DNA of 50,275 nucleotides from Candidatus Shapirobacteria bacterium (GTDB lineage: Bacteria; Patescibacteriota; Microgenomatia; UBA12405). This document shows positions 39,887 through 46,355 of this stretch, piece after piece. Both the position numbers and the translations under genes were made by a program. Below the pieces are notes generated by a model, which made no database searches, was not told where the DNA came from, and saw nothing but the letters and a program-made list of their open reading frames with translations. The stretch lies in NCBI GenBank assembly GCA_018062705.1, contig JAGORQ010000005.1, forward strand, positions 1 to 50,275, written 5' to 3'. Numbering within the stretch: position 1 is the stretch's first letter; the number at the start of each line of letters is the position of its first letter.

Positions 39887-39951
39887 CACAGCCGGGAGAT
39901 ACTCTCCCAGCTGTGTAAACAGTTTGGCTCAAACCAGATTAATCTGGTTTG
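39887..39951 (-). terminator. two tandem strong hairpins after the 75-aa gene
   Basis: CAAACCAGAT/ATCTGGTTTG (39930-39951) contains the stop codon. CACAGCCGGGAGA-TAC-TCTCCCAGCTGTG lies at 39887-39915. Neither has a clear U-tract. Confidence 0.5.
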
Positions 39952-40166
39952 ATTTGCTCTGCCCCCTGCCCGGTCCACAACTCGTGCTGTTGCACATACT
40001 TTTGTAGAGCCTGAAAACTTGCACCTGGATTTACAAACGTTTGACCTGCCGAAGGCTTCTTGATCAGACCAAGTTTGATGGCCTTTTCTTCGGTCCAATC
40101 AGGATCTGGTTTACTACGAATCTTGCCGTCGAGCCACAAATATTTCTTTTCCTCTACTGGTTGCAT
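39939..40166 (-). CDS. hypothetical 75-aa protein
   Basis: The ATG lies 2 nt after the stop of the upstream 63-aa gene. No family recognised. Confidence 0.45.
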   Translation of the reverse strand: MQPVEEKKYLWLDGKIRSKPDPDWTEEKAIKLGLIKKPSAGQTFVNPGASFQALQKYVQQHELWTGQGAEQIKPD

Positions 40167-40168
40167 TG

Positions 40169-40360
40169 TTAGCTCTCCACAATCTGATCGGAGGGAACGC
40201 GACCATTACAGCCAAAACACCAATTCGCGGTACCTTTGCCATCTTTCTTACCTATGACACCGCCACAGCCTCTGTGTACAAGACTGCGAACAGTCTTTGC
40301 GCCGAGTGCCAGTGCAACCAACACCAACAACAACAAACCAAAGTACGTTTTGCTTTTCAT
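40169..40360 (-). CDS. small secreted or anchored Cys-containing peptide (63 aa)
   Basis: AGGAG lies 7 nt before the ATG. The signal-like N-terminus is MKSKTYFGLLLLVLVALALGA. The mature part reads HRGCGG...WCFGCNG. Confidence 0.55.
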   Translation of the reverse strand: MKSKTYFGLLLLVLVALALGAKTVRSLVHRGCGGVIGKKDGKGTANWCFGCNGRVPSDQIVES

Positions 40361-40470
40361 TACTTAACTCCTGTTTTAGATTTTATATTTTTCTTACTTT
40401 TTTGTTTCTGTTCTTTTCTTCTTTTTCTTTTTTTCTGTACCTCCTTTCTAAGGTCAGAACAAATCGCCAT
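40360..40470 (-). CDS. possible 36-aa Lys/Arg-rich upstream ORF coupled by TAATG
   Basis: Own translation: MAICSDLRKEVQKKRKRRKEQKQKSKKNIKSKTGVK*. Its stop overlaps the next ATG by 1 nt. It has no SD and could simply be a polypurine leader. Confidence 0.2.
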   Translation of the reverse strand: MAICSDLRKEVQKKRKRRKEQKQKSKKNIKSKTGVK

Positions 40471-40714
40471 TTTTTTAATAAAATAGAAACTTGTTCCAAC
40501 CCTAAAAAAGAAGCACTTGTCAAACATTGCAGATTGTTAGAGTACCTTCTCCACAACATCCGCCTTGACTCGCCGCAGTCCCAATCTTATCTCAGGACGA
40601 AGGCGGTATTCTCAATTTCCGTACTGCTGAAGTTCGGTTGCAGTCTGCTGTTTTGAATTACGCCGATTTTAACATTTATCTTATAACATGTCTACACACA
40701 AGTTACTTACAAAC

Positions 40715-41086
40715 TCAGTCCCCCACCCCATGCCTTCTCTTCAATGCCTTCAAGGTCGAATTACTATCTGTTCTCTCTTCGTTCTGTTTCAACACCAACC
40801 TTCCTTTTCCCACAAAACCAGTATCTACTTGTCTTGTTTGCATCGCAATATAATCCGTTGCCGCCATCACATTTTCGCCACCATGTCTCAGTTTGCGCCG
40901 ACAATTTGTGCCCAATCTTCTCACCTTTAACCCAACTATAATTGGATTAAAATTAGCCAATTGTTGTCTCGCCCTCACCTCATCACCAACCGTAGTACCC
41001 AAAAACACACTCAATGTTCCTACTTCAGCCTCACATTCCTCACACACTCTTTCTGTTTCCACCTGAAAAGTTCTTTTCGACTTCAT
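40715..41086 (-). CDS. hypothetical 123-aa protein
   Basis: AGAGGT lies 14 nt before the ATG. The sense strand is purine-rich. No family recognised. Confidence 0.4.
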   Translation of the reverse strand: MKSKRTFQVETERVCEECEAEVGTLSVFLGTTVGDEVRARQQLANFNPIIVGLKVRRLGTNCRRKLRHGGENVMAATDYIAMQTRQVDTGFVGKGRLVLKQNEERTDSNSTLKALKRRHGVGD

Positions 41087-41148
41087 CCCGGTATCATAAC
41101 CTCTAATTAATTATTATTCCATCTTATATTCATATATCCCATTTGTGT

Positions 41149-41180
41149 CGCGTTTTACGTATTACGTTTTACGTTTATCG
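41149..41180. repeat. TACGT-word repeat (cgcgttttacgtattacgttttacgtttatcg)
   Basis: Near-identical to 5014-5052 in the same plus-strand orientation. Confidence 0.85.
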
Positions 41181-41192
41181 TCATTTTTGCTC

Positions 41193-41198
41193 TATAAT
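41193..41198 (+). promoter_or_regulatory. -10 box TATAAT, 6 nt before the ATG at 41205
   Basis: tctTATAATgaatccATG. There is no SD and only a weak -35 (TTTACG with a 19-nt spacer). Confidence 0.5.
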
Positions 41199-41204
41199 GA
41201 ATCC

Positions 41205-43406
41205 ATGGCCTCAACTGCTTTCAAACTCATGGAAATTCGTCTACCCCAAGATAACGAAACCACACCTGAATCCATGTCCTCTCTGCTATCAAACTTCACC
41301 CAATTTGCCCATCAATCTTTTTGGAGTCGGCTCAGTGGCCACAAACCCACTATTGCCTCACTTGAAGTCGCTTTATACGACTCTCAAGTTCATTTTTTAC
41401 TGGCCACCCCTGAGGACACTGCCGACTTTTTTCGTTCCCAAATCCTCGCCCAATACCCTTATGCCGTAATTAAAGAACCAGAAGATTATCTTAGTAAAGT
41501 AGGGGCAGAGTCTATCCCCTTTAGGGGACTTGCCGACGCCCAGTCAAAAAATGCCTTTGCCCAGCTCGCCCTCGCCCGCCCCTATTCCTACCCCCTCAAA
41601 ACCACCAAAGACTTCAAAGACACCGACCCCTTATCTTCAGTTCTCGCTCCCCTGTCTCGCAGCAATCCGCCAGCTGGCGGACCCGCTGACTTTTTTGTTT
41701 ACCAAATTCTTATCGGCAATGCTCCCAAAAACTGGCAAGGGTCAATTATCTCCGTCATCCAAAACGGCATTTTGGTGGACAAAGAAAAAGGCTTCCGTCA
41801 AGCCCACCCCGACAAAGCCGTTTTTGAAACCAAAATTCAATATCCCGGTCTCCTCACCCAAATAAATTTATTGAGTAATAATCCCGGCCTGATCGCTTCC
41901 GTCTCCTCATCATTTGGAATTTATACCAGTCCTCGGGGTAATTTTGTCAAATCAATTAGTCCAGGGCTGTTTACCAAGAAAAAAATCCTCCGTTCCATAT
42001 TAAATCGAGAATTAAGTATTAACACTCAAGTTTTAAACACCGAAGAAATGTCTGCCCTCTGGCATTTTCCTAATCAGCTCACCAAACTTCCCAATATCGC
42101 TTGGGGTAAAAAGCTTTATGCTGATCCGCCAGAAAACCTGCCGGTTGCCGATGGTGCCACAGATGAACAAAAGCAAAAAATTACCTACTTTGCCAAAGCC
42201 GAGTTTAGGAACAAAGATTCGATTTTTGGTATCAAGGAAGGCGAAGACCGCCGTCGCCACACCTACATTATCGGAAAATCCGGTACCGGAAAAACCACCC
42301 TTATCGCCAACATGGCCATCGATGATATCCGCAAAGGTCGCGGTGTCGCTATCATTGACCCTCATGGTGATTTGTGCCAAACCATTCTCGACTATATTCC
42401 TTCTCATCGTATCAACGACTGTTGCTACTTCAACCCCGCCGATCCCGACTATGTTTACCCTCTCAATGTCTTAGAAGCTCAAAACGACTCTCAAAAAGAA
42501 CTTGTCGCCTCCGGTGTCATCTCCATTTTCAAAAAGCTTTATGGTCAGGTCTCCTGGGGTCCTCGACTTGAGCATATCCTCCGCAATGCTGTTCTAACCC
42601 TGGTCAACACCCCTGGAAGTGACATGACCCACATCGTCGAGATACTGACACACAAAGAATATCGCCGCAAGGTTGTGTCGCAACTTCAAAATCAAACTCT
42701 CAAAAACTTTTGGCTCAATGAATACGATCGCATGGACGACAAGTTCCAAAACGAAGCCATTGCCCCAATTTTAAACAAAGTCGGTCAATTTATTGCCTCT
42801 ACAAATATCCGCAACACCATCGCCCACCCCACTTCCAAAATCAAAATCCAAGAAATTATGGATCAAAAAAAGATTCTTATTGCTGATTTATCCACCGGCA
42901 AGCTCGGCGAAGACAATTCCGCCCTCCTCGGCGCCATGTTGATCACCCAAATCCAATTATCAGCCATGAATCGGGTGTTTCAAGCCCAAGAGGACCGGTC
43001 CGATTTTTATCTTTATGTTGATGAGTTCCAAAACTTTGCCACCGAGGCTTTTATCAAAATTCTTTCTGAAGCCCGCAAATTCAAACTCAACCTCATTGTC
43101 GCCAATCAGTATATGAGCCAGCTTGACCGGACTATCCAGGACGCCATTTTTGGCAACGTCGGCTCCATCCTCTCTTTTGTGGTTGGCAACCAAGACGCCT
43201 ATATCCTTCAAAAAGAATTTGGCGCCAAATTCCCCGCCGATGACCTGGTCAAAATTGGTAAATACCAAATGATTTGTAAACTCTCAATCGATTCCGAAAC
43301 CACTCAGCCCTTCTATGCCGTCTCCCTCCCCCCTCTCGACTGCAAGAACCAACAGCGTGATAAGCTTATTAGAATTTCCCAAGAAAGATGGGGAAAACGC
43401 AAATAA
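41205..43406 (+). CDS. VirD4/TraD-type (T4SS coupling protein-like) P-loop ATPase with an uncharacterised N-terminal domain
   Basis: Walker A GKSGTGKTT, Walker B FYLYVDEFQNF, and ARKFKLNLIVANQY. I place the start at M21 of the track ORF because the first 20 codons are the TACGT repeat and the promoter. Confidence 0.8.
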   Translation: MASTAFKLMEIRLPQDNETTPESMSSLLSNFTQFAHQSFWSRLSGHKPTIASLEVALYDSQVHFLLATPEDTADFFRSQILAQYPYAVIKEPEDYLSKVGAESIPFRGLADAQSKNAFAQLALARPYSYPLKTTKDFKDTDPLSSVLAPLSRSNPPAGGPADFFVYQILIGNAPKNWQGSIISVIQNGILVDKEKGFRQAHPDKAVFETKIQYPGLLTQINLLSNNPGLIASVSSSFGIYTSPRGNFVKSISPGLFTKKKILRSILNRELSINTQVLNTEEMSALWHFPNQLTKLPNIAWGKKLYADPPENLPVADGATDEQKQKITYFAKAEFRNKDSIFGIKEGEDRRRHTYIIGKSGTGKTTLIANMAIDDIRKGRGVAIIDPHGDLCQTILDYIPSHRINDCCYFNPADPDYVYPLNVLEAQNDSQKELVASGVISIFKKLYGQVSWGPRLEHILRNAVLTLVNTPGSDMTHIVEILTHKEYRRKVVSQLQNQTLKNFWLNEYDRMDDKFQNEAIAPILNKVGQFIASTNIRNTIAHPTSKIKIQEIMDQKKILIADLSTGKLGEDNSALLGAMLITQIQLSAMNRVFQAQEDRSDFYLYVDEFQNFATEAFIKILSEARKFKLNLIVANQYMSQLDRTIQDAIFGNVGSILSFVVGNQDAYILQKEFGAKFPADDLVKIGKYQMICKLSIDSETTQPFYAVSLPPLDCKNQQRDKLIRISQERWGKRK

Positions 43407-43437
43407 TTACCAATTACTAATTAATAATTACTAATTG
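43404..43437. repeat. AATTACT/AATTAAT word array
   Basis: taattaccaattactaattaataattactaattg starts on the stop codon of the ATPase gene. Confidence 0.75.
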
Positions 43438-43787
43438 AAAGACAATTTAATTCAAACCAAAAGTTATGCTTTTGCTTTACGAATTATCAAGTTGTATTCC
43501 TATCTAACCAAGTCAAAAAAAAAGAATATGTATTATCTAAACAAGTCTTAAGAAGTGGTACATCAATCGGTGCCAACATCGAAGAAGCCATCGGCGGTCA
43601 GTCAAAAAGCGACTTTGTAGCCAAAATGTCGATTGCTTATAAAGAATCTCGAGAAACCAGTTATTGGATACGCTTACTCAAAGACACAAATTATTTAACT
43701 GAAAAAGAAGCTATTTCGCTAATTGAAGATATTGAAGAGTTGCTCAGAATTATCACCAAAATTCAAAAAACATCCAAAATTAGGTAA
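43435..43787 (+). pseudogene. four-helix-bundle protein (23S rRNA IVS / S23p-type family), frameshifted at an A9 run
   Basis: The frame from TTG 43435 reads (M)KDNLIQTKSYAFALRIIKLYSYLTKSKKK, then is out of frame. The other frame reads EYVLSKQVLRSGTSIGANIEEAIGGQSKSDFVAKMSIAYKESRETSYWIRLL...KTSKIR*. The junction is the A9 run at 43515-43523. Confidence 0.75.
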
Positions 43788-43792
43788 TTTTC

Positions 43793-43824
43793 ATTCGTAA
43801 TTAGTAATTAGTCATTAGTAATTG
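43793..43824. repeat. AATTAGT word array
   Basis: attcgtaattagtaattagtcattagtaattg. The same words occur in-frame in recR (6551-6582). Confidence 0.8.
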
Positions 43825-43835
43825 TTATTTACCAC

Positions 43836-43865
43836 TTGACAACTATTATAAGCTTGTCCTATATT
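43836..43865 (+). promoter_or_regulatory. promoter TTGACA-18-TATATT
   Basis: The -35 box is at 43836-43841 and the -10 box at 43860-43865, 25 nt upstream of the ATG at 43891. Confidence 0.55.
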
Positions 43866-43890
43866 TAATTATTACTAATTATAATTAAAT

Positions 43891-44064
43891 ATGAATCCTG
43901 AAGGATTTAAACCAGTTGAGTCTAGAAAACCAACAAACACAGAACAAGTCACCGACATAAACGGTAGAACTATTAATTTAAGCGGCCCAGACTACTTACT
44001 CTCTCAAATGAATCCTGATTTTCTAAATCGAGTTATAAGTCGTCGTCAATCAAAACAACAATAA
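43891..44064 (+). CDS. mini-ORF, 57 aa, unknown function
   Basis: Own translation: MNPEGFKPVESRKPTNTEQVTDINGRTINLSGPDYLLSQMNPDFLNRVISRRQSKQQ*. Below the ORF-track size cut-off. A promoter lies upstream. Confidence 0.4.
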   Translation: MNPEGFKPVESRKPTNTEQVTDINGRTINLSGPDYLLSQMNPDFLNRVISRRQSKQQ

Positions 44065-44076
44065 TTTAAAATAATT

Positions 44077-44226
44077 ATGTCAGAAAAAAATATCAACAAA
44101 CCAAAAACGTTTTACGTAGAAAAAACGAATGCTCAAGGTGTTACCCAACGTCACCAACTAGCCGACCTTGGATTAGTTTATTTTGTAGAAGAGGATATTA
44201 AACGTCGTCAACCCAAACAATCTTAA
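44077..44226 (+). CDS. mini-ORF, 49 aa, shares its C-terminal tail with the previous ORF
   Basis: Own translation: MSEKNINKPKTFYVEKTNAQGVTQRHQLADLGLVYFVEEDIKRRQPKQS*. The tail DNA cgtcgtcaacccaaacaa compares with cgtcgtcaatcaaaacaa in the previous ORF. Confidence 0.4.
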   Translation: MSEKNINKPKTFYVEKTNAQGVTQRHQLADLGLVYFVEEDIKRRQPKQS

Positions 44227-46268
44227 GGTTTCTTCCACCCAGCCCATTTGCAATTCGGATAATCCGAACAGCCAAAAAACTTTCGTCCGGTTTTAGTTTT
44301 TCGCACCACCCCCTCTTTGCCGCAGGTTGGGCAGTTAAATCCTGCCAATTCCTTAAATTGTCGAGTATATTTACAGTCGGGAAACCGGTCACACGACACA
44401 AATTTTCCAAACTTCCCGGTTCTCACCACCAGCTCCCCTTCTTTGCATTCGGGACACTTTTCATCTAGTTTTTCTACTGCCACCTTGACCCTATCCGCAT
44501 CTTTTTCCACCAACTTAACCTCTTTATCAAATTTTTTCCAAAAAGTTTTCATCATTTCTTTCCATTTAACCTTGCCGGTGGCCACTTCATCCAAATCTTC
44601 TTCCATTTCTGCCGTAAAAGGCAGTGACAAAATATCCGGGAAATTTTTGACTAAAAATTCGTTGGCCGCTACCCCCAAAGCAGTTGGATAAAATCTCCCT
44701 TCTTCTTTTTCCACATATTGTCTGGCTTGGATTGTTGAAATAATCGGCGCGTAGGTTGACGGTCGACCAATCCCCTGTTTTTCCAACGACCCAACCAAAG
44801 AAGCATCTGAATATCGTGGTGGTGGAGAGGTACTTGCCTCTACAATATTTATTTTTTTTGACTTAATTTTGTCCCCTATCTTCATCTGCGGTAACACTTG
44901 CTCTTCATGTTTCTCTTCAGTAATTTTTAAAAAACCTTCGAACAACATTACTACTCCACTAGTTCTAAACAAGCCTGGGCCATTGGTAAAGTCTATTGTT
45001 GAACTTTTCATTTTTGCACTCGCCCCTTGAGTTGCCACAGCTCTCTTCCAAATCAATTGATATAGTTTGAGCTCTTTATTGTCCAACCCATTAATGTCAT
45101 AGTTTGATACATTCGTTGGCCTAATTGCCTCATGTGCCTCTTGAGCGTTTTTGGAGGTATTTTTAAATTTTCTCGCTACTGGTGACACATAGTTAGCTCC
45201 ATATTTTTTAATTATAAATTCCCTAAATTCTGCCACCGCCTTGTCTGACAAATTGACCGCATCAGTCCGGTGATAAGTGATTAATCCCTGCTCGTACAAC
45301 CTTTGTGCCAAACTCATTGTTTGCTTACCCGACCAGCCAAAACGTCTCGCAGCCGCCTGTTGCAACTTTGAAGTAGTGTATGGTGGTAACGGATTACGAT
45401 TAGTTTCTTTTTCCTCCATTTTTGCCACCACAAACTCCTGGCTCAGAGCTGACACAAACTTTTCTACTTCGTTTTTATCGGTATAAATTGTCTTTGTATA
45501 GCTATATTGACCATCAAATAGGTCTAATTTACTAACAACTTCAATATTTTTATTTGCCACTTTTATTAAATCAGCCACAACCCCCTTTTCTAAGTCAGCA
45601 CTGATTCTAAAAAACTTCTCCTTGGAAAATGAGTTTATTTCATTTTCTCTCTCACAAATCAATCGCACTGCCACCGATTGGACTCTTCCTGCCGACAACC
45701 CTCGACGAACTTTTTTCCACAGCACCGGACTAAGTGAATAGCCGACTACTCGATCAAGTACTCGTCTACCTTGTTGGGCATCCACCAAATTCATATCGAT
45801 TTCTCGCGGAGTCTTTAGTGCGTCTTCAATCGCGCTTTTGGTAATTTCATGAAACGTCGCCCGAACGATATCTACGTTTGGAACTTGTTTTTTGTTTTTT
45901 GGAATATGCGACGCGAAGCTAGTCCCTGGATTGCCGGATTTGGAATTTGGATTTTGGATTTTGGAATTTTCCAGTATGGTCTTAACATGCCAGGCTATCG
46001 CCTCTCCTTCCCGATCAGGGTCTGAGGCCAATACAATCTGACTGGCTGTTTTTGAAGCCCTAGTTAACTCTGCCACCACTTTTTTCTTATCATCAGATAC
46101 TACATATTCAGGTTCAAAAGTAGTCAAGTCTACCCCCATTTTGCTGCTCGGCAAATCTCGCAAATGACCAACTGTCGCCACCACTTCATAATCACTTCCC
46201 AAATATTTTCCGATCGTTCGTGCCTTTGTCGGCGACTCGACAATAAGTAGTTTCTTCATAGCTTTCAT
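44223..46268 (-). CDS. topA: DNA topoisomerase I
   Basis: Toprim LLIVESPTKARTIGKYLG, DPDREGEAIAWH, the active-site region ITYHRTD, and two C-terminal Cys4 ribbons. Confidence 0.95.
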   Translation of the reverse strand: MKAMKKLLIVESPTKARTIGKYLGSDYEVVATVGHLRDLPSSKMGVDLTTFEPEYVVSDDKKKVVAELTRASKTASQIVLASDPDREGEAIAWHVKTILENSKIQNPNSKSGNPGTSFASHIPKNKKQVPNVDIVRATFHEITKSAIEDALKTPREIDMNLVDAQQGRRVLDRVVGYSLSPVLWKKVRRGLSAGRVQSVAVRLICERENEINSFSKEKFFRISADLEKGVVADLIKVANKNIEVVSKLDLFDGQYSYTKTIYTDKNEVEKFVSALSQEFVVAKMEEKETNRNPLPPYTTSKLQQAAARRFGWSGKQTMSLAQRLYEQGLITYHRTDAVNLSDKAVAEFREFIIKKYGANYVSPVARKFKNTSKNAQEAHEAIRPTNVSNYDINGLDNKELKLYQLIWKRAVATQGASAKMKSSTIDFTNGPGLFRTSGVVMLFEGFLKITEEKHEEQVLPQMKIGDKIKSKKINIVEASTSPPPRYSDASLVGSLEKQGIGRPSTYAPIISTIQARQYVEKEEGRFYPTALGVAANEFLVKNFPDILSLPFTAEMEEDLDEVATGKVKWKEMMKTFWKKFDKEVKLVEKDADRVKVAVEKLDEKCPECKEGELVVRTGKFGKFVSCDRFPDCKYTRQFKELAGFNCPTCGKEGVVRKTKTGRKFFGCSDYPNCKWAGWKKP

Positions 46269-46314
46269 TGTGTTCTATCATAACACCGCTGTCAATTTCT
46301 AAAATATTTTCTTC

Positions 46315-46355
46315 TTTAGTGTTTAGATTTTAGAGTTTAGATTTTAGAGTTTCAG
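46315..46355. repeat. TTTAGAG word array with an exact 14-nt tandem duplication
   Basis: tttagattttagag occurs at 46322-46335 and again at 46336-46349. The array overlaps the PBP2 stop (46352-46354). Confidence 0.9.

Noticed and set aside
41145-41204. The first 20 codons (MSRFTYYVLRLSSFLLYNES) of track ORF 41145-43406
   Set aside because: They are the translation of the TACGT word repeat and a TATAAT box. I place the start at ATG 41205.
39594-41204. tRNA, tmRNA, RNase P, SRP or 6S RNA genes in the ORF-poor G+C-rich stretch
   Set aside because: I could find none of the conserved signatures by eye: T-loop GGTTCGAATCC-type motifs, GAGGAAAGTCC, the SRP GGAAGCAGC motif, or a tmRNA tag with CCA end. 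An Infernal scan is still needed.
43435-43787. A diversity-generating retroelement, suspected because the four-helix-bundle protein is Avd-like and repeat-rich surface proteins are present
   Set aside because: No reverse transcriptase gene is in the window. No template/variable repeat pair with adenine-specific differences is visible. The differences between the 267-nt units are not A-biased substitutions.
46315-46355. Possible CRISPR array, here and at the other short tandem arrays (7257-7290, 8908-8937, 35081-35110)
   Set aside because: The repeat units are only 7-14 nt and directly adjacent, with no unique spacers. No cas genes are in the window.
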